The notes beneath the pieces are model-generated. The model searched no databases and had not been told where the DNA came from. It was given only the letters and a program-made list of their open reading frames with translations. Position numbers and translations under genes: made by a program. This document shows, in pieces, positions 1 to 9,963 of a stretch of 64,000 nucleotides of DNA (position 1 is its first letter; every line of letters begins with the position of its first letter). Source of the stretch: an uncultured delta proteobacterium (lineage in GTDB: Bacteria > Desulfobacterota > Binatia > UBA9968); assembly GCA_963760795.1 (NCBI GenBank), contig CAVXEP010000032.1, positions 481,992 through 545,991 on the forward strand, read 5' to 3'.

Positions 1-283
1 CGCGCCGGCGTTCGACCCAAAAGAAGTTCGCCAACGGCTGGAGCGTGGCGACGTAGACATGGTGACGTTTACCAGTTCGAGCACGGTGAGTAATTTCGTT
101 CACCTCTGCGGCGGCGGCTCGCTGGCGTCGATTGTCGGCACCGCGGCGATCACCAGTATCGGGCCGATCACGGCGAAAACCATTGAAGAGCTGGGTGGCC
201 ATGTGGCGGTCATGGCGCAACAGTCCACCATCGACGGATTGATCGACGCAATGATCGAGTATTTTAGCGTCATCAAGCATTGA
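1..283 (+). CDS. hemD: Uroporphyrinogen-III synthase (HemD domain), 3' part, truncated by the window edge
   Basis: Frame open from the window start; motifs VTFTSSSTV and SIGPITA; directly upstream of hemB. Confidence 0.85.
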   Translation, partial: APAFDPKEVRQRLERGDVDMVTFTSSSTVSNFVHLCGGGSLASIVGTAAITSIGPITAKTIEELGGHVAVMAQQSTIDGLIDAMIEYFSVIKH

Positions 284-296
284 TTCGGAGAACCCC

Positions 297-1274
297 ATGG
301 ACTTTCCAAGATATCGGCCGCGCCGGTTGCGGCGCAATGACAAACTGCGGGCGATGGTGCGTGAAACTTCGCTGGCACCGGCCAATTTGATCTATCCCTT
401 GTTTGTTGGCCCCGGTAAGGACAAAGTGCAGCCGGTTTCGTCGATGCCGGGCGTGGCACAGTTGTCGGTGGACCATGCGGTGCGCGAGTGTGAAGAGGCT
501 CTTTCTCTGGGCATTCCCGCGGTTATCTTATTCGGACTGCCCGAGCATAAGGACGCGGTCGGCAGCGAGGCTTACGACGACGACGGCATCGTTCAGCAGG
601 CGATTAGCGAGATTAAAAGCAAGCTGCCCGAGCTTCTCGTCATCACCGATGTTTGTCTCTGCGAATACACCGATCACGGCCATTGCGGCGTGATTAAGAA
701 TGGCGATGTCGACAATGACAGCACCTTGGAGCTACTGGCGAGAGAGTCGTTGTCCCATGCCCGCGCCGGCGCCGATATCGTCGCGCCGTCGGACATGATG
801 GACGGCCGGGTCGGCGCGATCCGCAAAGCGTTGGATGAAAACGGCTTTGCTCAGACGGCGATCATGGCCTACGCGGCCAAGTATGCTTCGGGTTTCTATG
901 GGCCATTTCGTGAAGCTGCTGAATCAACGCCACAGTTCGGTGACCGCCGTTCCTATCAGATGGACCCAGCGAACTCGGACGAAGCGCTGCGCGAAGTCGA
1001 GCAGGATATTCGCGAGGGCGCCGACATCGTCATGGTCAAACCGGCCATGGCCTACCTAGATGTGGTCTACCGGGTGAAACAAAAATTTGGCTATCCGGTG
1101 GCGGCCTATAACGTCAGCGGCGAGTACTCGATGATCAAGGCGGCCGGCCAGAATGGCTGGATCGACGAGGAACGAATCATGATGGAAGTGCTGTACGCGA
1201 TCCGCCGCGCCGGCGCTGACATGATCCTGACCTACTTCGCCAAAGACGCCGCGCGTTTTCTGCGCAAGGGATAG
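297..1274 (+). CDS. hemB: Porphobilinogen synthase (delta-aminolevulinic acid dehydratase)
   Basis: RPRRLR N-terminus, Zn-binding [37 protein letters not shown]. Confidence 0.97.
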   Translation: MDFPRYRPRRLRRNDKLRAMVRETSLAPANLIYPLFVGPGKDKVQPVSSMPGVAQLSVDHAVRECEEALSLGIPAVILFGLPEHKDAVGSEAYDDDGIVQQAISEIKSKLPELLVITDVCLCEYTDHGHCGVIKNGDVDNDSTLELLARESLSHARAGADIVAPSDMMDGRVGAIRKALDENGFAQTAIMAYAAKYASGFYGPFREAAESTPQFGDRRSYQMDPANSDEALREVEQDIREGADIVMVKPAMAYLDVVYRVKQKFGYPVAAYNVSGEYSMIKAAGQNGWIDEERIMMEVLYAIRRAGADMILTYFAKDAARFLRKG

Positions 1275-1285
1275 AGGAAGTATTC

Positions 1286-1340
1286 ACACGAAGGCACGAA
1301 GGTTCGGAAGTTAAGTCATCGTCCTTCGTGCTCTTCGTGT
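1286..1340. repeat. REP-like inverted repeat between convergent genes
   Basis: acacgaaggcacgaagg (1286-1302) pairs with ccttcgtgctcttcgtgt (1323-1340), one indel. Confidence 0.65.
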
Positions 1341-1452
1341 CACTTATCCAGAATGTTGCGTCAAATGGCGCCGCATTGCGGTCAGATTGCCGAACCTTTC
1401 TTGAGGTTGCGGACTCTGCCGCGCTATGCCTTCGTGGTAAAAGCGAATTTAT

Positions 1453-1725
1453 TTATCTCACGGCTAAATCAAGATTCCACAGATCTTTGATTTTTCGTTG
1501 AGGGTCCGTTCGCATTCGGATTCGCGGCCGTCGGTATAGACTTGGCGAGGCGGAGAGACGAAAGACCAAGACCCGGGCGTCTTTGGCTAGGCGCAGGATG
1601 AAGGTATTGGAGTCTTCTTCGAAGAGCACTTGGGTCTCGACGGCAGAGTCGGCGCGCTTGCTAACCTCTTGAGCCCAAGCTTGCAAGTCCGCTATCGCGG
1701 CGTCGCCGCGCTGGCTGCTTAGCAT
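1453..1725 (-). CDS. Small hypothetical protein, C-terminal part possibly frameshifted
   Basis: 90-aa ORF just downstream of the SBP gene; an alternative frame reads QVYTDGRESECERTL. Confidence 0.45.
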   Translation of the reverse strand: MLSSQRGDAAIADLQAWAQEVSKRADSAVETQVLFEEDSNTFILRLAKDARVLVFRLSASPSLYRRPRIRMRTDPQRKIKDLWNLDLAVR

Positions 1726-1740
1726 TTAATTCTGCGTGGG

Positions 1741-2749
1741 CTATTTCTTGTACAGGCTGTCGATGAAACCGCTTTGATCGAGCTCGCGAATGAAACGAGG
1801 CATCGATGAACTGTTCCGGCTTGACCGTCTTCGCCCGCGGATCGCGTTCGGCGATGTCGTCGATGACGGTTTTTAGCCCCTCGACGCTGGGGTACTGCTT
1901 TTTCGGATAGAGCGATTCGTGCATGACATCGGCGCGAGTCTTCTCCAGAGTCTCGCGGTCGATACTGCTGCCCATGAAACGGGCGAGCGCTTTGATCGAG
2001 GCTTCTTTGTCATTCCACATGCGGGCCACCGCTTCGACATGAGCGCGCACGTAACGGCGCACGATGTCGGGCTGCTCGCGGATAAACTTTTTCGTCGTCA
2101 CCGCGCCGGTGTGTTGAAACACCAGCCCCATCTTGGCTACGTCGGCCAAAATCGCCAAGCCTTTCTTTTCCGCCTGAAAGCTCGACGGCGGGTTGATCAC
2201 CGCCGCCGTCACCCTTCCGGTTAGTAGGGCGCCGAGGCGCTCCGGCCCGCTGCCGACTTGGACGATCGTGACATCCTTGCCTGGGATGAGGCCGACCCGG
2301 CGCAGGGCGAAGCGGGCGATGGTATCGGTGGCCGAGCCGAAGCGGCTGATGGCGATGGTACCGCCTTTCATCTGCTCGACGGTTTTCACGCCGGGCTTGC
2401 CCATCAGAACGTAATTAAGCGAGACGATACCGGCGGCGACGAAGACGGCATCGGAACCGGCAAGCACGCTATTGACGACGCCGGGGCCGGAGATCTGCGC
2501 GATCGGCACATCGCCGGATACTAGGGCCAGTACCGCGGTTGTGCCACCGGTGAAAAAGATTACCTGCACGTCTAGGCCATGCTTGGCGAAGATGCCGCTA
2601 TCCTTGGCCACCCAGGCCGGCAGTTGATCGCCGCTGGTGGCGCTATAGCCGACGTTGAGCCGGGTTAGTTGCGCCGTAGCGTTGGGTGCGAGTAACAACT
2701 GCGCTGGGAGCAGCGCGAGCGTGACGAGAAATATATTCTTAAATGCCAT
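1741..2749 (-). CDS. NitT/TauT (SsuA/THI5-like) ABC substrate-binding protein; frameshift near 1797
   Basis: Signal peptide, VAKDSGIFAKHGLDV, ISRFGSATD; removing one T in tcgtttcattcgc gives the C-terminus FIRELDQSGFIDSLYKK* ending at 1741. Confidence 0.85.
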
Positions 2750-2808
2750 TGGTTTTCGCCTCGATGGAACTGACGCTGAAAACTTTACAGGAGGGCGGGG
2801 ATAGAAAC

Positions 2809-2842
2809 AAGAAAGCCCCTGCCAACCGGCAGGGGCTTTCTT
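2809..2842. terminator. Intrinsic terminator hairpin downstream of cytochrome c'
   Basis: Perfect 15-bp inverted repeat aagaaagcccctgcc-aacc-ggcaggggctttctt. Confidence 0.85.
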
Positions 2843-2876
2843 AGTCCTTCACTAGCTCTAGTTAATGTAGGTGGAT

Positions 2877-3323
2877 CTATTCAGCGTATTTTTCAGCACG
2901 GAATGCCTTGTGACAAGAGCCGCAGGTATCCCCAAGTGCTTTCACTTTAACAGCGACGTCGGCGTCGTTGCCGGCTTTCGCCGCCGCGGCCAATTCAGTG
3001 GCCGCTTTGTTTAGACTCTTGGCCTGGCTGGCGAAATCGGCAGATTTCTCCCATATTTCAGGCTTAGCTTTGGTTTTCCCCGTGCCGCTGCCGGCCGGAA
3101 AAGCGCCGACAATCTTTTCGGAGCTGCCCATGAGATCCTTGGCCTTAGCTTCCACGGTTGCATAGTCTTTGGCCTCCACGGCGCCCTTGATCGCCTTAGC
3201 TGCGGCGCTCTGTTCCTGCATCAGTTTCTGGCGTTTCTCGACTTGGGCCTGGGCAACGTCCTGATTTGCCACTCCGACTACAAGATAACCAAATAACGCA
3301 CCTACTAAAGTTTTTCGAACCAT
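2877..3323 (-). CDS. Class II cytochrome c (cytochrome c'/c-556 family)
   Basis: Signal peptide, RQKLM, AKPEIWE, C-terminal CGSCHKAFR; RBS aaaggag before the ATG at 3323. Confidence 0.92.
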   Translation of the reverse strand: MVRKTLVGALFGYLVVGVANQDVAQAQVEKRQKLMQEQSAAAKAIKGAVEAKDYATVEAKAKDLMGSSEKIVGAFPAGSGTGKTKAKPEIWEKSADFASQAKSLNKAATELAAAAKAGNDADVAVKVKALGDTCGSCHKAFRAEKYAE

Positions 3324-3363
3324 TGGCTGTTTTCTCCTTTCAAATCCTGTCACCGTTATTAAT

Positions 3364-3912
3364 TTAACCGCCTTGATTGACTTTTTTTACTGCGTTCAAC
3401 AATTGCTCGGTGGAGAGCAAATCCTTTTCCGTATTGCTCGGGCGGATGTCGTAATATTTGATCACGCCGTCCTTGTCGACGATGATGTAGGAACGCTTGG
3501 CCAAGCGTCTGGGTTCGTCGTAAACGCCAAAGGCCTGCATGATTTTTCCGTCCCGATCGCTAAGTAACGGATAGACGATCTTAGCGAAGTCGGCAAATGC
3601 TTTCTGCGAGAACGGTGCATTCATACTGATACCGACGACTTCTGTGTTCTGTGCTTGGAAGAGCGGATACTGGTCCGAACCGGACGCTTGAAGGTCTTTG
3701 ATTCATGTCGGACTGAAGTCGAGGACATAAAAGTTGATCAGCACGTTCTTGCCTTTGAGACTGCTCAATTTCAACTTGCCGCCCTTGGTGCTGTCGAGCT
3801 CGAAGTCCGGCGCTGGGTCGCCGATGCCAATCGCAAAGGCGGGGCGGATTGATCCAAAGATAAGGCCGACCGTCGCGGCCAAAATCGCAATCAGGATTCT
3901 GCGTGACTTCAT
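3364..3912 (-). CDS. Exported peroxiredoxin (AhpC/TSA, BCP/AhpE-like), probable selenoprotein with Sec at UGA 3705-3703, 182 aa
   Basis: ORFs 3703-3912 and 3364-3624 are one frame interrupted only by TGA in DFSPT-U-IKDL, the peroxidatic Cys position; GDPAPDFEL, VVGIS, YPLLSD, catalytic Arg in AKRSYIIVDKDG. Confidence 0.85.
3673..3685 (-). promoter_or_regulatory. Candidate bacterial SECIS apical hairpin
   Basis: mRNA GUCCG-GUU-CGGAC starts 17 nt after the UGA; loop begins with G; flanking AGCG/CGCU can extend the pairing. Confidence 0.55.
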
Positions 3913-3992
3913 AACTTCCTCCTTATTGGACGTTTCGCGCTCCCATATCTTTCAAAAAGTTGACAATTTATCTCTTAGATCCTTGTGACTGT

Positions 3993-4008
3993 CAATCCCC
4001 CATTCGGG
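3993..4008 (-). promoter_or_regulatory. Candidate operator, copy 1, overlapping a TTGACA -35 box
   Basis: caatcccccattcggg, 81 nt from the peroxiredoxin start; minus-strand TTGACA at 3995-3990. Confidence 0.5.
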
Positions 4009-4117
4009 TGCCTTTGGGTTACCCTTTTGGGTGCGGCACCCAGTTCCGAGCGATCTTAGGCGGCCGTGCGGATTAGCGTTTAAAGTAGTTTGTCGCGTGG
4101 CCATCTATGACGGTAGC

Positions 4118-4738
4118 TTAGGGCTTCGGCAGGCGCACGGTGATCTGTCGTGCTAAGAGCGAACCATCGGCTTCTTGAGTCACATTAACCGATACTTCGG
4201 AACCGGTTTTGACCACGCTGCGGTCCGCCACCAGTCGTTTTGCCAACGGGATGTCCGGCGGCACGAGCACTTTTACCTCGCCGTCTTTGTATTTGAGATT
4301 TAGCATTCGTCCTTTTACGTCCCGCACCATCACGTCATCAACCCGCTCGACATTGGCGTTGGTCATGGTCGCGTTACCTAAGGGGCGGTGCCCTTCGCCG
4401 GTACCACGCTGGTCTTCGGAGAAGACGTTGACTTGGGAGGCCAAAAAGGTGCCGTCCGGCTGCTTGCTTGCTGTGGCGCCGACATACATGCCGGAAACTA
4501 TCTCGGAAAACTTGATCGCCACCTCATGGCGAATGACGGTCTTATCGCTAACAGTGACTTTCGCGTCGCCGCTAGGGCTTCCAACGATCAGCTCCGGGCC
4601 TTTCAAAGATACGACCTTACCCGAGACATTCGTCGGATTGGCCGCGGGAGTGGGTTGTGCATTGGCGAGATTGGCGTATCCGAAAGTCAAGAAGAGTACC
4701 AGTGTTATTGCCGACGGAAAAGGCTTGTGGATTGTCAT
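4118..4738 (-). CDS. Exported hypothetical protein (DUF5666-like beta-rich repeats)
   Basis: Signal peptide, VGATASKQPDGTFLASQV, GEGHRP, TMTNANV; RBS ggagg before the ATG at 4738. Confidence 0.7.
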   Translation of the reverse strand: MTIHKPFPSAITLVLFLTFGYANLANAQPTPAANPTNVSGKVVSLKGPELIVGSPSGDAKVTVSDKTVIRHEVAIKFSEIVSGMYVGATASKQPDGTFLASQVNVFSEDQRGTGEGHRPLGNATMTNANVERVDDVMVRDVKGRMLNLKYKDGEVKVLVPPDIPLAKRLVADRSVVKTGSEVSVNVTQEADGSLLARQITVRLPKP

Positions 4739-4817
4739 TTGTTCCTCCAATTAGACGAAGTCAAGTTGCAAAACATTTTATAGATCACCGGTTTGTCCAC
4801 TAGTTTCGAAGTGCTCC

Positions 4818-4833
4818 CAATCCCCCATTCAGG
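4818..4833 (-). promoter_or_regulatory. Candidate operator, copy 2
   Basis: caatcccccattcagg, 15/16 identical to copy 1 and 80 nt from the ATG at 4738. Confidence 0.5.
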
Positions 4834-4858
4834 CTCCTCGCAAAGACTCAAGTGGGGA

Positions 4859-5563
4859 CTATTTGAGTCCTTCGCGGATCGCCATCACCGCGGCTTCGGT
4901 GCGGTTCTTGACGTCGAGCTTGCGAAATAATGATTTTAGATGCCCTTTGACGGTCTCGCGGGCAGAATCGGTGAGCCGGCCGATTTCATCATTGCTCAAC
5001 CCTTCGGTCACCAACCGTAAGACTCTGAGTTCCAAATCGGTGAGCGAGTATTGCTCGGCAAAGCCAGGGTGGGTTGCACGGGTCTCGCTCCGAGGGTTAC
5101 CGTGATCGAGTCCGAGATGTGCGAGGTAAGGCGAGGAGGGCGATTTGCCGAGATGGGTCTGGCGAATGATCTCGATAAACTCGCCGCGGTCGGTGTCCTT
5201 CAAAATATAACCGATGGCGCCGGCGCGTAGCGCCGAACGAATTTTGTCTTCTTCATGATGCACCGATAGCATGAGCACTTTGGTCTTGGGTGAGACCCTA
5301 GTGATGAGCTTGGCCGCCTTGATGCCGTCCATCTTTGGCATGTCGACGTCGAGCAGGGCCAAGTCAGGTTCGGTTTCGCGAGCGCCAATCACCGCCTCTT
5401 GGCCATCGGCTGCTTCGACGACGACTTTGATGTTGGTGCCGCTTTCCAGGAGGATTTTCAAGCTCTGGCGAAACAGTCTTTCGTCGTCGGCGATCAATAG
5501 ATTGATCGGCATGTTTTTGCCTGGGTTGGGCGTTCGACTTGATGGAGCTGCTGTGTGATTCAT
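4859..5563 (-). CDS. NarL/FixJ-family response regulator (REC plus LuxR HTH); start may be 5512
   Basis: LLIADD, DLALLDVDMPKMDG, GYILK; HTH GLSNDEI...TVKGHLKSLFRKLDVKNRTEA. Confidence 0.92.
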   Translation of the reverse strand: MNHTAAPSSRTPNPGKNMPINLLIADDERLFRQSLKILLESGTNIKVVVEAADGQEAVIGARETEPDLALLDVDMPKMDGIKAAKLITRVSPKTKVLMLSVHHEEDKIRSALRAGAIGYILKDTDRGEFIEIIRQTHLGKSPSSPYLAHLGLDHGNPRSETRATHPGFAEQYSLTDLELRVLRLVTEGLSNDEIGRLTDSARETVKGHLKSLFRKLDVKNRTEAAVMAIREGLK

Positions 5564-5578
5564 TCGATGCCGGACACC

Positions 5579-7998
5579 TTAGCATGGCTTCATAACTAAA
5601 CAATGGTTATTGGCATCGCCAAGGTGCGACGAAAGTTGGATCTTTGCGCCGCTCTGCCAGGCGGCATTTTGATCGCCATAATGAGGCGACCCAGGGTGGC
5701 CGGATTGCCCAGATGCTAGAACGTAGCCGGAGTGCTCCGGATCATTAAAGTCGATGACATAGCGCAGTGCCGCGCCGGCGGATTGTGAATAGGGATTGGA
5801 GTGGCGATAAAAGCCAAAATTAACCGTCATGCCATCGCCGCCCACCGGCGTGGGTCCAATGGAGATTACCGGTCTTAGTATAGCGAGGCGGCTCAAGGCA
5901 TGGTTGAGAGATAGTCGGTGCAGCCTGCCCCACTGCCAGCGCTCACAGTCCGTACCCAGGGATTGGCGCAGCTCGGCGCAAGCGTCGTCTCAGCGATTGA
6001 GCGACCAGTGCTTTTCTCGAGCGTTGGGCAAACCAACAGGATTTCTCATCGCGCAAGATTTTGTCGGTAGGAACGATGCATTGATTGAGAATCTCGGTGT
6101 ATGCGCCCAACAGTTCCTCTCCGAGCTCGTCGCGTAGCAAATTCGCTAGTAGACGCTGATGAAAGACATGGAAAATTAACGCCGGGATGCTCGCCGCGGT
6201 GCAGTCGCCATCCCAGGCGAGCAATCTTGCCACGGCGTCACTAATAATCCCGCCGCGGTCTGCCACGGCGCGCAGATCGCCGCTGAGCGCTTGGATCAGT
6301 TCCACGGCATGCAGCGAAACCTGGTCAAGCTGGAGCTTTGCCATGTTTTCGGCAGTAAATTGCTCCTGTGACTGTAACAGCTGGTATATCCGGCGAACCC
6401 GCTGTGGCGGTTCGAAAAAGTTGGAAAGATAATAGGGGTACGCTGAGTCAACGATATTATTATTAGCCGTGGCGATGAAACCGCTTGGTGGATTGTACAG
6501 CCGCGGCAGTTCTTCGAATGGAATGTAGCCGTGCCAGTCGTTACGATTCATCCCAACCGGCGAGCGGCAGGAGTGAGGGTTCGGCGCTGCGTTTGGGGAT
6601 CTTCCCGGCGAGGGCGTAACCGATATTGCCGTTGCTATCGGCGTAGAGGAAATTCAAGCTGGGCGCGCTGTGGTATTCCAGGGCGGTCAAGAATTCCCCC
6701 CAGTCGCGCGCTTGATTGAGCCGATAGATCGAATGGATCTCCTGGCTTGGTTCGCTGGCGCACCAACGCAGCGCTAACGCTTCTCCTGACGCTTCGGTGT
6801 TGACAAAATCACTAAGGATCGGTCCGTGGCAGCTTGTACGGACGTTCCGTTCAATGACCTTGCCGCCGCGGATGCGAATCATCTCGCGCCGTTCGGCAAA
6901 CTTGCACCACTCTTGCCCGGCAAGATAACGGTCGCTCTCGATGCGGTGAATCCGCTCGCGATAAAACTCGACATCGTCACACAGCGCCGCGGTGATGCCC
7001 CAGGCGATACTGCGGTTCTGACCCAATTGAATGCAAGGCAACCCAGGCATCGACGCGCCCCAGGTCTCGTAACTGTGCGCAGCGCCTGGTTCCCCGGCCG
7101 CAAGACGCATCAGATAAAACATCGACGGCAGGGACATGCGTAGGTGTGGATCGTTGCACAGGATCGCTCCGCCGGATTTGGCCTTCTCCGGACCGACCGC
7201 CCAGTTGTTACTGCCATGACCGGCGCCATGCCAATCGGTGTCGGCGAGAATCCCATTGGTGAAACGGGTAAGAGCCGTTGCCTGCTGGATGATTGCGCGA
7301 CTGATGGTCGGCGCGTCGATCGGGTAAGTGGGTAGCAGTGATCGGAGTTTCTCTGGGTCATGCTGAAGCCTTGCCGCGAGCTGCATCAAATTGAGCCTCG
7401 TGTAAAGCGCGGTGGAGAGCAGGAACGATAGTCCCTTGCCGATGGTCAGGCTGTCTTTGGCAGTCCATGGCTGCGGCGCAAAGCGCAGCAAGCGAAATTC
7501 CCAGGGCAGTTTTTTGCCGCAACTCTCGATGTAACGATTGACACCCTGGCTATAAGCGTTGAGCCTGTCCATGTCATTGTCGGACAGCAGCTCGACGGAT
7601 TGAACCGCCGACTGGCGAATGCCCAACAGGCGGACAAAAAAATCGAGATCGCTGGTCTTGTGGCCGCGAAATTGGTTGGAGAGCTCGCGCCAGGGCAGAG
7701 AGAAGTCACCGAACAGCTCGGCCATTCTGCCGCTGAGAAAGCGCCGGCTCATCTCCATCTGCCATAGCCGCTCCTGGGCGTGCAGATAGCCTTGGGCAAA
7801 GAACATATCTTGTTCGTCAGCCGCTCGGACATGAGGAACCGCATAGCGGTCGAATTCGACGTTAACCGGGCGCTGCAATCCGGCGAGAGTGATTTCGCCG
7901 CGGTAGCGCGGCTGGGATGGTTTGTCGAAAAAATTAACGACGGGAAGAAGCAGCGCCGAAAAGACGGTCGTGAACAAACCGCTTTTCGGCGCTTCCAT
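5579..7998 (-). CDS. Penicillin acylase family Ntn hydrolase, split by two frameshifts (about 6550 and 5990)
   Basis: AQGYLHAQERLWQM, GSNNWAVG nucleophile, LCNDPHL, TANN, SGQSGHPGSPHYGDQ across three consecutive ORFs. Confidence 0.88.
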
Positions 7999-8032
7999 GT
8001 GGAGGTCTAGACCGGGAGTAAACTTATCGGTT

Positions 8033-8635
8033 CTAGAGCAGCGCTTTGACCGAGGGACGCGCTTTCATGCGTTCCATGTACTTCCCCAGGCGCGGCAGCG
8101 AAGGATCGGGCAGGATGCCGAAACCTTCCAAGCGGGTGAAGCGCGGGATCAAGTTGGCGTCGACCAGGGAAAAATCGCCGAGCAGGTACTGTTGCTCGCC
8201 GAGCTCTTCTTCGAAACGCTGCAAGAGTTTTTTTAAATCCGCCTTGGCGCCGTCGATGATCGGCTGGCTCTGCTCCTTGGCTTCTTTCATCAGCTCCATG
8301 CGCAGTTTTTGATAGGGGCTGTCGAAATGGGCCATGCCGTAGTCGGTGAGGATGCGCGCCTTGGCTTTCTTGGCTGGGTCCTTGGGCAAAAGCGACTGCG
8401 CCGGATATTTTTCCTCCAAGTACTCGTTGATGATCAACGACTCGTACAGCACGGTGCTATCGTCGGTCAGCACCGGCACTTTGCCGTAGGGGTTCATTTT
8501 TAGGTATTCAGGATTCTTCTGTTCTTTCTTCGTCAGATCCACCGGGACAATTTCGTAGGGCAGATTCTTTTCGGCCAAAACGACTTTGACGCGTTGGCAG
8601 TTGGGCGATGATTTGAAATCGTAAAGCTTGATCAT
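8033..8635 (-). CDS. Glutathione S-transferase family protein
   Basis: SPNCQRV, NPYGKVPVL, ESLIINEYL, YLLGDFSLVD. Confidence 0.93.
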   Translation of the reverse strand: MIKLYDFKSSPNCQRVKVVLAEKNLPYEIVPVDLTKKEQKNPEYLKMNPYGKVPVLTDDSTVLYESLIINEYLEEKYPAQSLLPKDPAKKAKARILTDYGMAHFDSPYQKLRMELMKEAKEQSQPIIDGAKADLKKLLQRFEEELGEQQYLLGDFSLVDANLIPRFTRLEGFGILPDPSLPRLGKYMERMKARPSVKALL

Positions 8636-8798
8636 GGTAATGCTCCTCGCAGGTTAGAATAGTTGGTTCGGCACGCCGCACTTATACTAGGAATCCGGCC
8701 AAAGGAAAAGTGCCGGCTCAACCAGCTCGCTTGCTTGCAGTACTCTAGCATTGATGTTAAGCGGAGAACGGCTCGGCGAAATATAGGAACTTGTCTCA

Positions 8799-9320
8799 AT
8801 GACTGCTGCGGAATCGGCAAAAATACTCGTCAACGGATTGAAAGACGCAGGCATCGGCCTCATCGCCACATTGCCGGATATCAATTTGTCCGATTTGTTG
8901 CGCGAAGTTGAAGAAGCCAAGGATGTGATTCACGTGCCGCTTTGCCGCGAGGAAGAAGGCATGGGCATCTGCGCCGGCGGCTATTTGGTCGGCAAGAAAT
9001 GCGCCGCGATCATGCAGAACGGCGGCTTTTTTAACAGCGCCAATGCCATCGTCAGTACCTTGTTACAGTATCAAATCCCGGTGTTGCTGCTGATTTACTA
9101 CGCCGGCGATATCGGCGACCGGACTTTCGCCAGCACCGGCAGTATGACCGAGCCGGTGCTGCAAGCGCTGGGCATTCGTTACTACATCATGCGCGACATC
9201 GGCGATGCGCCGGAACTCATCAAACGCGGGCAAATCCTCGCCGAAGATGCCAGGAAACCGGTCGCTCTGTTGCTCACCAAGGAAGTGTTGGGACGGCGTC
9301 CAGCGCTGCAGTCGTTGTAA
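8799..9320 (+). CDS. Sulfopyruvate/phosphonopyruvate decarboxylase-like alpha subunit (ComD-like)
   Basis: LCREEEGMGICAG, MQNGG, followed by a TPP-binding beta subunit. Confidence 0.8.
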   Translation: MTAAESAKILVNGLKDAGIGLIATLPDINLSDLLREVEEAKDVIHVPLCREEEGMGICAGGYLVGKKCAAIMQNGGFFNSANAIVSTLLQYQIPVLLLIYYAGDIGDRTFASTGSMTEPVLQALGIRYYIMRDIGDAPELIKRGQILAEDARKPVALLLTKEVLGRRPALQSL

Positions 9321-9336
9321 TAATTTTGTCACAACC

Positions 9337-9942
9337 ATGAAGCGATACGACTGCCTAAAAGCGCTGGCGTCTGAGGTAAAAGATGCTCTCGTGGTCAGTT
9401 CCGCCGGCGCCATGACGTTGGAGTGGAATTCATTGCACCCAAACGACGGCAACCTTCGCGTGCGTACCTTGGGGCTGTGCTCGTCGATCGCTCTCGGCAT
9501 GGCGTTGGGGCTGCCGCATCGCAAGGTGGTCGCGCTCGACGGCGATGGCTCGTTGTTGATGAATCTTTGTTCGCTGCCGACGATCGCGCGGATGCGGCCA
9601 ACCAATCTTGTTCACATCGTCTTCGACAATGAGGTCTACGAGGCGTCGGGCAGTAAAAAGACGGCTACCGGCGCGGGCGCCGATCTCGTCGGCATCGCGC
9701 GCGCCGCGGGGATCAAGAATTCTCAATGGGCGAAAACAGTTGACGAGTTCGCCAAGCTAGCGGCAGCCGCGCTACGTGGCAACGAGCTCTGCTTCATCGG
9801 CGCCAAAGTCAGCACCGAAAGAACCGCGGTGCCGCCGTTTCCCATCGATGAGGTTGAAAACAAATACCGCTTCATGCGTCATATCGAGAAGTCGGAGAAG
9901 ATCGAGATCTTTAAGACCAATCTGCCGGCGAGCTACGTCTAA
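9337..9942 (+). CDS. Sulfopyruvate decarboxylase-like beta subunit (ComE-like, TPP-binding)
   Basis: TPP motif DGDGSLLMNL...VFDN; ATG at 9337. Confidence 0.8.
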   Translation: MKRYDCLKALASEVKDALVVSSAGAMTLEWNSLHPNDGNLRVRTLGLCSSIALGMALGLPHRKVVALDGDGSLLMNLCSLPTIARMRPTNLVHIVFDNEVYEASGSKKTATGAGADLVGIARAAGIKNSQWAKTVDEFAKLAAAALRGNELCFIGAKVSTERTAVPPFPIDEVENKYRFMRHIEKSEKIEIFKTNLPASYV

Positions 9943-9963
9943 TTGGCCTTTTTTCACAGCATC

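Noticed and set aside
5579-7998. Programmed frameshifting or true pseudogenes in the acylase (likewise prkA, the ABC genes and SBPs)
   Set aside because: No slippery heptamers were seen, motifs are intact, and isolated single-base indels scattered across the window fit sequencing error
8799-9942. Coenzyme M biosynthesis
   Set aside because: No comA, comB or comC nearby; ComDE-like enzymes also act in catabolism
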